Assembly: GCF_964355755.1 (NCBI RefSeq)
Contig: NC_092675.1
Span: 9,915,812 to 9,979,811, forward strand
Direction: 5' to 3'
Source of the DNA: Antedon mediterranea
Lineage: Eukaryota > Animalia > Echinodermata
Length of the DNA stretch: 64,000 nt
Below the pieces are notes generated by a model. That model was not told the DNA's origin. It saw only the letters and a program-made list of their open reading frames with translations, and did no database searches. Below are positions 26,795-41,500 of this stretch, piece by piece (positions within the stretch are counted from its first letter, which is position 1; each line of letters begins with the position of its first letter). Made by a program: the position numbers and the translations under genes.

Positions 26795-29654
26795 CTGAGA
26801 CAACAAGTCTGAAAGCTTTTTACAATTACACCAAGCATCATTTTAATGACTGGTATCTTAATACTTCATCTCTTATGAACACAACAACAGTAATTACTTT
26901 TAATGGTACAGTTTTAGACAAATTTTAACTTTATGAATTTCAGTTTCCCCATATTAATTAAGTAAATAAATAATTAGAAGGCTTAACAAAGGTTCAGCAG
27001 AATAAACATATTACTATTCAAATTAGAACGTGAATATTGATAGGTGCATATATTGTGAATCACAATGAATCATAATGGATTGAATCAAATCATTAAAACA
27101 TGTAATTCATTGAAACGGAATAATTTTTGAAATTCTGTATTAAATAGTTATATACATGATAGCTTTTAATTTCAATTGAAGATAGGTGTAAACTGATTTA
27201 AAAATATCCTTAGCAATTAATAAATCTTAGATTTAAACTAATCAGACAATGTTTAGGGTAGAGGTCCCCCTAAATTCTAATCCAATCAGTGGCCTACAAA
27301 CTTTCCTTGCTAAACTAAAAAAAGAGGTGCAATCTTGGTTATTCATCCACTAATTTTTCCAAATAAATGAGGTTAACATGCATGATGCCATAAATTATAT
27401 TTCATATGAATCATGTAGCCTAAAAGAAATGAATCATATAGCCCTTTAGAATCCATTAAATACAATTTCAAAATATTAAATATTAATGTTATAATTATTA
27501 AACACAGCATATTGATTTTCATTCATATCTCACAGTGCATTAAAACAGTTATTAAATACTGAGTTATTGAAAAATGAATTAAATATGTAAGAAATATACT
27601 AATATGCCTTGTACTGATTTGTGACTAACATACATTAACCTGGTTTGTATCATTATATTACAGGTATTTATTTATTTTTATCTGTTATTAGGTACATACA
27701 GGAGGGTATTTGGAAATAGGTTAATAAATCTATTGTTCATTGATAAGATTTTGTCAGTTAATTCATCATATGACAGCCTACTGTACAAAATTATGCATAT
27801 ATACAAATTTTGCAGTGTACTGTAAATTGTAATGGTCTAGCAATTTTAATTTTGGAGTGGTTAGTCAGTCCCCACTGAATGATACCATTATCTTGGTCCT
27901 CTTGAAAATTCTTCCCTCTTGATAGTTTGGCTTCTTGGCAGTTCGTGCCCTGATGTGATATTTCTTTTCCCTGGGCTTTGACATTTCTTGCCCTTGCCAT
28001 TTCTCTTGCCACTTGGTTCCCAATATTATTTGCTTAAAATGACCATATACATTGAAATTGAATAGTGGAGGAGAGTTTGTAAATCATCACTTAACATTGA
28101 ATTGACATTGAATCACTACCCAATCCAATTCTAAACCTGCCTCCATTCTTTTCTCCCCAGGCACGGATTTAGGTGGGGATAATTGGCTTTAGCCCTCCAA
28201 GTTTAACAGAAATGTCTTTTTGACCTCTTTTCAAATACATGTCTGCATTCTATGTGTTGTTGATATTAATTATTCATTCTATGTATTCAAATTGATTTAT
28301 GCAGCTGCACTGATTTGGTAAAACACAATTTTTTCTAGCTTTAATGACAATAAAAGCTTAAATTATTCAACCTCTCTAGTCTCAGAGAAAACAGAGACAG
28401 TTACTGAGAATCAATGTGTTCAGTTTTTCTGTCTTTTTAAAGAAAAGTAATAACAAAATTGCTAAATGAATTGTTTATTTTACTACGTATAACAATTAAT
28501 TAAGCAATGTAATTCCTGTTGGGTGTGGTTTGAATACACTAAATTAAACAATAAAACAAATAATTTTCATATATTTAACCAACAAAGTAAAAAACAATTT
28601 AGAGAATAATACAAGATTACTATAACTTGAAGAGTCAGCAGTCTCATGATCCTAATTTTAATAACAATATTATGTTAACAACTAAAGAAAACATCTAACT
28701 AATATGCTACTAGAAAATAACTTCCTACGACAGAGTCGGCATTTACGGTATATAGCTTTGTGTATGTGTAGCATCAGAAAAAGTGGGAGGGGCTTTGTAA
28801 ACAGGCATTAACTAAAGTAAATCCGGTAGAGAAGGGTGAACGATAATGGTACGAATGGTATTTTAAGAGGTATTGTATTATCTAATATATATAATTATTT
28901 TTCCACTGTACCTGAAAAAATAATTTTTTTTGGGGCTTTTATTCTACATATTGACTGTATGTGAAATTTGTTTAAATAATTGCTTCTTTAAGACTTGTTG
29001 TACAGAATGGTAGGTTGTTCTGAGCTATAAAAATAATTCATGAAATTAATTTTAAAACATTAAAATGACTCCTCTCACCCAAATAGCACTTTAAATATAC
29101 TTTGTAATAGGGTGTAAAGCACTGAAAAGGCCTTAATTAAATTGTAAATTTGTAGTGTTATTGGGTGACGCTGAATATAACTGTATCATCGCTTCTCTTG
29201 ATAAGCGTGTATCAAATGGGTCTGTAAGATTGGGCGTGAATACCATAATTGAATAATGTTTGGCAATTGGAATCATTGCACTGAATAAATTGGCTATGAA
29301 TGAATTGATGAAACAGATGGGTAGAATGACTACATAAACCTACTGACTCATCCTTGACAATCGTTCTACTTCATCATTCTAAAATATGAACAATAATCCT
29401 ACAAATTCAGAAACTAATCAATTTTATTTGACTCATTGTTGGTGTTTCTCATAGTCAAATGTATCACAATCTTGTACGGATCAGATAAGCAATGAATATC
29501 AGATGAAGTATCAGTAGAAGTCACTATTACCGTACCCATGTGGTAGCTTCTCGCAACCAGGGAGTAGCTTCTCATAACCAGGGCATAGCTTTTCTCCAAT
29601 TCTGAAAACAAGGTTTGATGCCAATGCTCAAAGGGTCACCAATTCAGTGTTCAC

Positions 29655-29932
29655 TTAAAAGATGTATTGTCTCCCAAAAAACATGAAAATAAAGAATAAA
29701 AAAAAAAATAGGTCATTTCCCTGTTTATCACTTCTGTTAAAAAATAGTAAATACTGTTTTCACTTAAAAAGACAAAAAATATAAATTGAACCAAAAACCC
29801 ATTGACTATTTTCCCCTTTAAATCACAGTTTTTTAGGTAAATACTTTTTGAATACAGTAATTATTATACATTAAAATGGTATATTCAACAAAAAACTATT
29901 TTTTTTAGGCCCGGGGACAATACAGTTTCTAA
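29655..29932. mobile_element. Kolobok-like MITE, same family as 17905-18232
   Basis: TTAAAAGATGTATTGTCTCCC...GGGGACAATACA inverted ends; shared internal sequence. Confidence 0.7.
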
Positions 29933-30645
29933 TATTACATTGTCAGTCCAGTTATGGCAGTACATCCGATGGATACAGTATATGGATAATAATAGTACTT
30001 TACTATGTGAAACGATCATCCATCTTTCAATACACTAAAATAGTTTGTATTTTGTTGTTATGCAATGCTCAATTTAATCCATATGTCCCTAAACAAATGT
30101 TAATATGTTTAATAATAAAGTTGTTATGCTTCAAGACTCTAGTATATCATTTGATAAAACTGAAAAGGCCAAATAGTTAATAAACATTTAAATGCAATTT
30201 AAGAAAAAAACCTTTAAAAAAAGCAGGTTAGACTAACAAACGGTTTTATTACTAGTATGGTAGGCTTAGCTAGCTAATTATTTTAGTCCAAATTAATACA
30301 TTTTAGTTTAATAATTTTGTTTTAATTTATCAGTATCATTACAAATCCCATTGAACACTTTATTAAGCTGTGAAATTAACACAACAGGTTTATTGGAATT
30401 GATTTGGCTGAATGCACTCATAAAATTAATTAGATTAATACAGATTGAATGATATGGGTCAAAGGCCAAAAATCAATTAGCTGCATCGTTTTCACCAACA
30501 GCTGTGTTACCCGAAATATGACGTTAATGTTGTTGAATAATGTATAGCAAGCGAGACTGTACTGTATATGTAATGTTATAGTGTTATACATAGTGATGCA
30601 ACAACTTTAAGTATGGTTCATATTCTTGTCAATATCAGAGGCCTG

Positions 30646-30802
30646 TGGCCTTATTCACCGATCACACTTAAGTGAGATATTTCCCTTAAATATTAAGTAT
30701 TTCACTTAAATCAATAAATATTTATGTATTTCCCTTAAATTGTATTCACTTTAAGATAGGATATTTTTCCCTTAGCGGAAGAGTGAATGGTGAATACGGC
30801 CC
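30646..30802. mobile_element. Short Harbinger-like MITE
   Basis: TIRs GGCCTTATTCACC / GGTGAATACGGCC, CTG on both flanks, internal TATTTCCCTTAA repeats. Confidence 0.6.
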
Positions 30803-31999
30803 CTGGTTCAATTCAGATTCTTGTCAACACCTATAAACAGAGCATCAGTATTGCTGCCTATTTACTAAAATAAACAAGAAATATTTCTTCAATCATATCA
30901 TATATTACAGGAAAACTTTTTGAGTTGATTGACATTTGTTTTGTGTCTATCACCCTCTATAGTTTACATCAATATAATTGTTTTTGTTATGACAATTGTG
31001 ATAATAAAGTCAGTTATCTAAATTAACAGCTTTTATTATAATAAATACTTTTCTCCACTGTGGCCTACCCGCATTTTAAGTTCAACTAAATCTGTGAAAT
31101 AAAGTGTTAAAAATATAAATGAACATGATGCTTTTTGTAGCATACTTGTTATTCTCTTGAGTATTTTAACCCTTTTAATAACCCTCTACAGGAGATATAT
31201 GTTTTGAGGCAGAACTTAGGTTCTTAACCCTCAAGTGACCCATTCGGATTTCATACCTCCTCTAACTCTTTAGAGTCTATGCTTACTGTACTGTACCATC
31301 GCCTATAGGGATTTGTTTAGGTGAAATCAAAAAGGATTTACCTTTTTTTTATCAATAATAATAATAATGCAATTGATCTTGGCATAGTTTCTGTTGTTGT
31401 TAAAACTCCAATACAAAATTCCTAATTCTTACTTACTTTCCATTCTTGAATTAAAGGATGGAAACCTTAAAACATTTATAGAATGTGTTTTTATTTCAAA
31501 ATTCCAAAATGTTTACATGTTCTTTTTGTCTAACACACAGGAGACATTACAGTGCCAAGAATTTTTGTAAACATTTTGAAACTTCTGTACATAAATAATC
31601 AATCTAAAAAACAATCTAAATATATACAAACAATAAAATCCTTTTTGCATGCAAGTTAAATACACTGTTATGTGGTCTATTGAATAAAACCCTCCCTATC
31701 AGTACATCCTCATTTTCCCCACTGGTCTCCTTATCTGTTGAATAAGTTGTCTATTTTAAGACAATTTATGGTGTAATAACATCTTGTTATACCATAGGCC
31801 ATTATGCCAGTTTTGTATTTATATATTCAATACAATTTTTATTTTGCAATGTTTGATTCTTTCTTCTTTTTCTGTAAAAGGAATTCTTATCACATTGACA
31901 TTTTTCAAACATGGTTGCCAATAAATTTGTTACTGTGAATCATATTCATCAAAATTATCTTCAGGGCTGGAAATAAATCATATTTTATTTTCATGTCAG

Positions 32000-32377
32000 A
32001 ACCTGGAGATCCAAGCAAAGTTACAATTGATGATGATGTCATCAATGTGGACGGAGTTACGCTTGAAGGGTTTAATCCTGCCAATGTCTCAGTCACTTGT
32101 ACCACGACCAGAAAAGTCACCAAAATCACCCGCAGCCGTTCCCCCTCCCCAGCTCGTTTTACAAATGATGTTGAAGAACACCGGCCATACGGGTATCATG
32201 TTTACACTTCTGAAACTGAGGAAGAAGAGGTAACCCCACCGGTAACAATTTATCAGAGCCAACCTCATGTGATCAGACCAAAACCAAAGCAACCAGGACC
32301 ACCGGTACCACCAACACGTGGTAACCGTCCCCAGCAATACACCATTGGAGTGATATCCTCGCCACCCAATTTGAAAG
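32000..32377 (+). CDS. Host gene exon (Pro/Thr-rich)
   Basis: tgtcag|AA CCT...AAA G|gtttgt; 378 bp, phase 1-1; EPGDPSKVTIDDD...PKPKQPGPPVPPTRGNRPQQYTIGVISSPPNLK. An alternative phase-1 donor is possible after 32320. Confidence 0.78.
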
Positions 32378-33245
32378 GTTTGTCTCACGGTTTGCCGTAG
32401 CTTTCTAACGCTAACGGCATGTGCGATGAGGCAAATCAGCAAATTGTGCATGCTCAGCAACTTTCTTACAATAAAACCAGATTGTGGTCTAGAATAGGTT
32501 CTAACATTCACAAACTTGTTTGTATTTTTTTTTTAAGTTTAAGTGAGTGTTTTTTTTATTCCGTATACTTTTGCTTTACTTGATCTAACAGATTCCTGCA
32601 GTTGAAGAACCCCTAATAATTGTTACTTTCCCATCAATATTGTCTTTATTAAGAAAGATGGCAATTGGTTTGAATAATATTTTTCTATTTATAAAGCACT
32701 AACAATAGTTTATTACAGTAGTTTTAGACTGACAGCATGTAACAGTAAATTGTGCCATATGTAAAGCTATGAATCTTAAATTGAAGCTGCGTACTTGTCA
32801 GCAATATGTTATGACCTTAGAAAGAGTTTCTTTGCCGCCGACAACATATTACACAAATCTTGCAGATGACTGTCCCTGCTAGGATCTCTCTGTTAGCATA
32901 TCGCTACAATTCATTCATTTGGATATTTATCTTTTTGGAATTATATTTTTGACATTTGGAAACATTTCTGGATAATTTAAAGCTCCGTTTTAGTTAATTG
33001 TCCATTACAAGATGTATGAGAGGAAAAATCCAGGTTAGTTATTAATGTTCATTGGTGTGTTATTTGTTGTCACTTTCAAATGTTAAATTTAATGTGTGCT
33101 CAATCTTTTGAAAGTCAATTCTGGTCAGTTTAAGCATTCATCATTCTTTATCAAATGATTATTAATAGCACAATAATTTACTTAGTTTACCTAAATTAAA
33201 TTAATTTAGACATTCAATTAATCAATTGTATTTATTTTATGTTAT

Positions 33246-33358
33246 ACAAATTGTAGCCTGATGTATTGATACCAATGACAGATCTAATGATTGGTTCACA
33301 AATTGTAGCCTGATGTATTGATACCAATGACAGATCTAATGATTGGTTCACAAATTGT
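33246..33358. repeat. Perfect 52-bp tandem duplication
   Basis: ACAAATTGTAGCCTGATGTATTGATACCAATGACAGATCTAATGATTGGTTC at 33246 and 33298. Confidence 0.9.
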
Positions 33359-33708
33359 TGTTGTCACTGATTATTTTTAAATTACAGTCTTTGCATTTTT
33401 ATTACTTTATATAATTATCATAATTAATATGTTTATCTAAATATGAATTTTAATTGATATGTTTCATTTAATTTTTTATGTTATTTCAGTTGAGTTCTTG
33501 TCTGTGTACCTTTTTAAAAATTTGTTTTTATTTTACACATTTAATTAGAAATCACAGTTTTTTGTTGTAAACTTTGTTCAGATTGTCTTTCATTTAACTT
33601 TTGGTTCATTTAAATTTTCGTTCTCTTCATGTTGCTTTAATTAATCATATCATTTTAACCTTTCTCATTCATTTGCTTATTAACCATATGTTTGTCATTC
33701 ATCATTAG

Positions 33709-33864
33709 TTCGTCGTTTTGCTGATGACTTGGACCCTGGTTCCATGTCGGACACAGCGCTGATCCACGTACGTGGAAGACCGCCTTTACCTTCTAGAGGG
33801 CGACCTAGGAGAAGGAAAGGCAGAACAGCAATTTATGTCCAACCTTCCTGTAACGTCCCTTCTG
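33709..33864 (+). CDS. Host gene exon (basic/Pro-rich)
   Basis: cattag|TT...TCT G|gtatta; 156 bp, phase 1-1; VRRFADDLDPGSMSDTALIHVRGRPPLPSRGRPRRRKGRTAIYVQPSCNVPS; GC-rich island in an AT-rich intron. Confidence 0.7.
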
Positions 33865-35567
33865 GTATTAGATTTTAATATAATTTTTTTTAGAATTTGC
33901 ATAAAACATCTGATATTCATATATTCATCTAGAATATTATGCAATCTGCAATTTTATCTTGAATTGTTTTTGACAAATTCATATTATGACCATTTTAGTA
34001 GGTTTTTGTTTAATTATGCGCTGTAAATTTTTAATTTGCATAGTTCTAGAAAAAGATGGATCTATTAGATGAATTTGCATATAAAAGAAAATTTTGCATA
34101 TTTTGCAGTTAATCCATTCTAACAGGTTTTTAATGGCTATCTGGATTTAGACTAATTTAAAAGGAATGAAAATGTCTTTGGTTTACACCTTGATCCTTTA
34201 AAAACGTTTTTGTTTATTTGGCAACATTTTCTGGATGCTTAAAGAACCAGGCCTTTATAGTATTTTTCAAAATATATAAATGTTATAATAATGTTAATAC
34301 AGTATGTTGATCTTATGTAGTGCTTAATGCAAAAAGCCTCTAAGCACATTATTACCCGAGTCATTTTTTTGATCAAACACGTTTGGAAACAGAGAATCAA
34401 ACTCATGATTTCACAATTAATAGTTCAACACACTGCCCCACACGCCCTCACATTTATAAATTTGCACTCTTCATCTTCAGATACTTTGTCTAAATTGATG
34501 ATCCATGTCATGTTCTTATTGATCACAATTCAGCCATATAATCATTGATATGACATTTATTTAGTGACATTTAAAGTGGCATTTGCATATATTCTTCTTT
34601 ATTCATTGCGATTGGAAAATATGATTGTGATAAAACTAAGAAATATGCAAAATTACATCAAATAACTTAATTGGTTGATTGATAGACCATACTAATGCTT
34701 AAAATCGTTTTGCCATTACCAATTCTTTCCTGTCTATTGTCTAAGGTATTACAGGTATTTTCATGCTACAAAGACTTCTAACACATGATTTATTATAAAT
34801 GTATAGGGAGGGAGTTTTGTTGAATGTTCATATCTTTTACCTCCATATGAAATTTGCCATTGAAGATGAAATGATTCCGCTATGTTTAAGCTTAAAAGTA
34901 CAGTATTGAGATTACTTCATTATATCCAAATTTACTCAAACAAATCTTTATTGGTAAACCAGCACAGTTTCAGAGAATAATCTTTTTCCTTAAATTTTTT
35001 TGAAATACTTAATATAGAATGTTCCTACTGTACATCAAGAAAACATGATAATGCCTGTATACCCTTGACCATTCTTAACATTTTAGATAATTTAATAAAA
35101 CTTATAAACTATAAATCATTTTGATTGCATGTACTTTAAAAATTAAAGTGGGTTTTTTTGGGGGGGGGGGGGGGTGGGGGGAACACATTCATTATCATCT
35201 GTTAAATCTTTAAAAATAATAGGTGTAAGAAAATATAACACCATGATGGTTTTTCCATAGATTTTTTTTTACTTCCAAGAGATTGATTATTTTATAGTCA
35301 ACTGGGATTTTTCAATGTACTTGAACTGAATATATATTATATAATTACTTTTTTCCATTTTTATTTGGTTTTTAATAAATTTTAAATAATACTGTTTGAT
35401 AACAATATCTTTGGAATTTTATATTGATTGGTAAATTTAAGTTCTAATGTGTTAAAGATCACACTGTTTTAGACATAATTTAAGTTTATCATTTCATATT
35501 GTGTTTATTTCTATTATACTGAAAGTATTATTGTTTACTGACATTAATTGATAAATTTGTTTCACAG

Positions 35568-35717
35568 TTAGGCCGACACATTCCCAAGATGATATGGCCA
35601 CAGTCGCCTACTCGGCCCCTCCAGTGCCACCCCACCCTGAAAGTGACTGCGAAGAAGGACCCCGTGTCCCACAAAGGCCCAGAGTGAATAAGAGCAATGT
35701 ACCTCAAATTGTGAATG
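35568..35717 (+). CDS. Host gene exon (Pro-rich)
   Basis: ttcacag|TT...AAT G|gtaaag; 150 bp, phase 1-1; VRPTHSQDDMATVAYSAPPVPPHPESDCEEGPRVPQRPRVNKSNVPQIVN. Confidence 0.8.
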
Positions 35718-38165
35718 GTAAAGTCCATATTGGAATGCTCATAAATACTGTCAATAGAAAGATTGGAATGTTCTATTATAATGCAGTGATAATACTTTAG
35801 AGTAGAGATTGTAGATTGCTAATTAATAATGCTCTTTTCTTCCAGATTTTCTTGTTTTCTCCTAATAGCATGCAGCAAATAATGTAGTGAATAGTTAGTG
35901 AATTATATATTGGAATGAGCATTATGTAATGTTTTTATTTGCATCCATTGTTTTTGGGAGGAACGATTCAAATAAAGTTACCTAAATATTAGCAAAATTA
36001 ATGTTGGAATGTGAATTGTTTTATTAATAATTTAGTAAAAAAATGTATTGATAGCAATAGAATCATGATCTATCAAAAGAAGAATGTAATTTCTCTGCGT
36101 CAATTTTGATTAATATAGCTTGACATTTAGAGATGATATATGATATTTACCAAAATTGAATAACTTGGAATTTTAAAATTATCATCATTAATTGAACATT
36201 ATTTTTTTATTACAAATTCTTAATGAAACCATATAACATAAACATAATAACACTATGGTAAATAAGACAATGTCACAATGCAGCTGCCGATAGTGATTGA
36301 TGTATAACTTATTGTCTTATATAACCTACTATACAACATAGTCTGTTTTGGTATAAATGGAATATCTGAAAGTAGGTCAAATGCTTGTTACTTAATGTTT
36401 ACGGTTAACAATGAATTAGTTAATTTCGGAAACACATTACTGCGTTTAAGCTCCGATTTTACCAAATATCAAAATATGCCACATGAAAATGTAATTATGA
36501 AATACAAGTTGGTTTTGGAAATGATTTCATTCTGTATTTGTTTATTTTATTTCTAATATAGACTGTCTTGTCTTTGCCATTTCCTGTTATGTTATAATAA
36601 CACAATAATGGATATAGACAATATAAATAACTTTTCTTATTCCTGTATTACTTTTGTTACTTTTATATCTTGTACATAATTTAGTTTTCTTGTAAATAGG
36701 CATTACTTTTAGAACTACTTTTTTTTTCTTTTTTTTAATTACTCTGGAAGCACCTTCACTCAAGAAGTGTGCTACTGTTTCAAAGTATAGCTTCCAAATA
36801 AATTTATTTATTTAGTTATTATTATTGTACTGTAAAAGTAGATAAACAAGTTTATCTTTACAAATGAAATACAAAGTCTGACGATTAATTTAGAACTTTG
36901 TAGATGTACAGAACATTATGCATGGTGCCTCCCATGCATTATGCTTCCCCATGTATTATGCTTCTTTAACTTGATTTCGATTGGTCAGTTATTCTGTTTC
37001 ATTCAGATCCAAAGACATTGGCAGTTTGCTTCATTGACGTAAGCATGACAGCAGGGTCTACAACCCCCAGATCAACTTCTTTAAAAGAAAATAATAAAGA
37101 TCCATAAACAAAAGTTTATTAAATTTCCTACTCGTCCACATATTAAATTCAATAATTTCTTAATTCATACATTACAATGACAACTGCTTTATATTTTAAT
37201 AATTATTTAATTACGTATAATTACTATCAAAGGCCTGATTGGTTAACAGCTATGAGGCATCTTGTCAAATTCTCAGCTGTTTTTTAGATATGTCTTCTAT
37301 CTACCAAAAGGTTTAAATAACATTCCTATGAGAAGTTTGTGAACACTTCCTAGTGTGATAATGTGAAGTAAACTGTTGCTTACAAGTACCCTAAAGTAGT
37401 TAAGTCAAAAGATAGTAGGCCAAGAATATTTTATTATTTCCTTTAATTATTAACTTCCCAATAAGTTTTGAGAAAGATGCATGATATCTATTATAGCATT
37501 ATACAGGTCGTCATGCCATCATGAGGAGGTGTTCAAATGTGATGCATAGAATACAAATATACTATATGAAGCACATTGAGACAACATTGACAATGATAAG
37601 ATAGACTATATAGTTTATATAATTCATAAATGTTGTATATATACAAAAATGTTCCAAATAAATACTACATTAATCAATTGTTATAGTAAGATTGGACAAA
37701 TATTTCTATTGTATTGAATTTAATGTGACTTTAACAGATAAAGTAAAAAATGTGTTGTACCGTAGACTACTACAACATTAAATGCCACATTGTGAAAGTG
37801 AACTATATAGTTAGCCTCATTGAAACAGCCAAAGGCAATGTGATATAGTTGATGATAGTCTTTGGTCCAGACAGCTGTCAAAACTATTTAACATAAAATA
37901 CATAAAGAGAATACAAGTTTAAGAACTGGTTATTGGCACCCAGCTATCTGTTTACAAAAACAGTAAAAATAGTAACATTCAAGTTGAAATATGATTGTCA
38001 TCCAATTATGGGTTAAAAATTTTATATTGGTTTAGTATTATATATCCAAATTAGTCTGACCTAGATTTGTAGCATGTCGTGTAGTTACAGCGCCATCAGT
38101 AAGGTTGTATCCCTACCTAGCCAACCAACCCTGTTCTCCACTTAATAACATAAATTTCATCATTT

Positions 38166-38445
38166 CAAAAACATGAAAAATGATGATTTAAAAAGTTTAA
38201 ATAGGCCATTTCGCAGTTTTAATGAAGTTAATCAAGTACTTCCGTTGAAAAAAAAATACTGTTTTAACTTTTAAAAGGACAAAATAAACAGCTAATTTCA
38301 ACCAAAAACCCATTTACTTCAAATTGCAGTTTTTTAGGTAAATAATTTGTTTCGATCCAATTTTTGGTCAATGTTAACAACTATTATGTTACATTAAAAT
38401 AGTATATTCAACAAAAACAAAAATAAGGGGGACAACAAATTTTAA
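38166..38445. mobile_element. 5'-truncated Kolobok-like MITE (17905/29655 family)
   Basis: Shared internal sequence; right end GGGGGACAACAAATT|TTAA. Confidence 0.6.
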
Positions 38446-38530
38446 AAGGCCAGCCCATGATTAGTTGCTGTTTTAATTGATTAGAGTATATCAACTGGGC
38501 TACAATAAGTTTTACCCCAGGAGAGTTGTA

Positions 38531-41500
38531 TTGGTTATCCGCAACGAAGTTGCAGGATAACCTCTTGTGATTGTACGAAATCATCAACATCTTTTTTGGT
38601 TATCCGCAACGAAGTTGCAGGATAACCTCTTGTGATTGTACGAAATCATCATCATTGGTTATCCGCAACGAAGTTGCAGGATAACCTCTTGTGATTGTAC
38701 GAAATCAACCTGTATGATTTTTGTGTAACGCTTTTCTCTAAAACTCGCAAACATAACATTTCGGTAACTATCTTAACATATTGACATTTACGTAACGTCG
38801 TCAAGCGAAGCTTTTCATGACTTTTACAATTGCGCAACGTGACTTACGCGCGATTTAACGATTTTGTCGTATTTAACATAGCTCGACAACCAAATAACAT
38901 TTCAACTTGAAACTTTGCAAAAGTTTAATTTATATCATGCGCTAACTTTCTGTTGAAAAAAAATTGCGTGTTTTACACAAAGTTACGCGCGCACGCGCAT
39001 TTAAAATTTCAAAATGCGCAAAATTAATTTATAATCAACTTTCTACGCGTTTCATTTCGTTTTAAGCATGTCAAAAATTCCCACGCGTGCGCACATTTTT
39101 ACGTGTGCGGTGCGCACCTAGTATTGAAAACGTACTTTTTTCACGTGATTTATATTTTTCCAGCCTTTTCTAGTAATTTTACCAAATTTTAAACAATTTC
39201 GACTTAAAGATACGTCATACGAGCACGTCGAATTGGACAATTTGCGCGCGTTTTTTATGAAAAGGTTAAAAAATTCGTTTAAAATATGCCTTTTTTTAAA
39301 CAGTCGTAATTTCTAAACTAGACGGTCAACTTTTTGTGGATGGCATATTCTGGAAGTAGATGAGTTGTAGATATCGGATCAGGTATTAATATGGCTAACC
39401 GGACATTGTGACGTCATCGTATGGCCACGCGAATATAAAATTTAGGATTTTTGTATCTTTCGTCATAGCTCATCACATTGAATAGAGCGCATCTCCACTT
39501 ATCCGTTTTCCATTTTCACCCCGATTTTGATTTTGTCTAGGTCAATCAAGTATCTTTCGCATGAGTTAAAAATATTTTAATTTTTTTGACGTCATCATGC
39601 CTAAAAATTTTAATCACGTGTGGCATCAATTTCATCTTTACAGTAAATTTTAATCTGTTATAGCTCGTAAGAATAAAACTTGATAATCACGATTAAAACT
39701 TTTTCTGGAAGCTATTGGATTGTAGATACGAAATTATGTAAAAATGTTGCCAATCGGATGTTGTGACGTCATCATATGGCCAGTTAAATAAAAAAGGTCG
39801 TATTTTCATCTTTTGCGTCATAATTCATTACATTTAAAAGAGCGCGCATCAATATTTCACGTATTCAAATTTCTTCTACACGCTAATACGTTGTTGCTGA
39901 GATAATTTCCTTTCGGAATTGCTACCTTCCCGTTTCATTTTAAAACCGTCAACATGTTAAAAATTGCAATAAATAGCGGGTCCCGTAATTTCACCTATTC
40001 TACACTGTATGTGATATGGATACAGATTATACTGTGTATACTATATATGAATTTATATATAGATAAAATTCAGCAATAACAACATATCATATTCTTCAGT
40101 TCAGGTCATAATGCCAACGTGAACACTTCCTTTTGTCCTCAACCTATCCCCTTAATGTTAATGTTGCACCACTTGCGCGGCGGATAACCAAACTCGTCAA
40201 AGTGACGAGTTACATGTCTAGTTGGTTATCCGCAACGAAGTTGCAGGATAACCTCTTGTGATTGTACGAAATCATTCTGTATGATTTTTGTGTAACGCTT
40301 TTCTCTAAAACTCGCAAACATAACATTTCGGTAACTATCTTAACATATTGACATTTACGTAACGTCGTCAAGCGAAGCTTTTCATGACGTTTACAATTGC
40401 GCAACGTGACTTACGCGCGATTTAACGATTTTGTCGTATTTAACATAGCTCGACAACCAAATAACATTTCAACTTGAAACTTTGCAAAAGTTTAATTTAT
40501 ATCATGCGCTAACTTTCTGTTGAAAAAAAATTCCGTGTTTTACACAAAGTTAGGCGCGCACGCGCATTTAAAATTTCAAAATGCGCAACATTAATTTCTA
40601 ATCAACTTTCTACGCGTTTCATGTCGTTTTAAGCATGTCAAAAATTCCCACGCGTGCGCACATTTTTACGTGTGCGGTGCGCACGTAGCATTGAAAACGT
40701 ATTTTTTTCGCGTGATTTATGTTTTTCCAGCCTTTTCTAGTAATTTTACCAAATTTTAAACAATTTTGACTTAAAGATACGTCATACGAGCACGTCGAAT
40801 TGGACAATTTGCGCGCGTTTTTTATGAAAACGTTAAAAAATTCGTTTAAAATATGCCTTTTTTAAAACAGTCGTAATTTCTAAACTAAACGGTCAACTTT
40901 TTGTGGATGGCATTTTCTGGAAGTAGATGAGTTGTAGATATTGGATCAGGTATTAATATGGCTAACCGGACATTGTGATGTCATCGTATGGCCACGCAAA
41001 TATAAAATTTAGGATTTTGTATCTTTCGTCATAGCTCATCACATTAAATAGAGCGCATCTCCACTTATCCGTTTTCCATTTTCACCCCGATTTTGATATT
41101 TTCTAGGTCAATCAACTATCTTTCGCATGAGTTAAAAATATTTTAATTTTTTTTACGTCATCGTGCTTAAAAATTTAAATCACGTGTGGCATTAATTTCA
41201 TCTTTACAGTAAATTTTAATCTGTTATAGCTCGTAAGAATAAAATGTGATAATCACGATTAAAACTTTTTCTGGAAGCTATTGGACTGTAGATACGAAAT
41301 TATGTAAAAATGTTGCCAATCGGATGTTGTGACGTCATCATATGGCCAGTTAAATAAAAAAGGTCGTATTTTCATCTTTTGCGTCATAATTCATTACATT
41401 TAAACGAGCGCGCATCAATATTTCACGTATTCAAATTTCTTCTACATGCTAATACGTTGTTGCTGAGATAATTTCCTTTCGGAATTGCTACCTTCGCGTT

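Noticed and set aside
35160-35181. Poly-G run as a functional G-quadruplex
   Set aside because: An isolated homopolymer; common and error-prone in assemblies, with no evidence of function.
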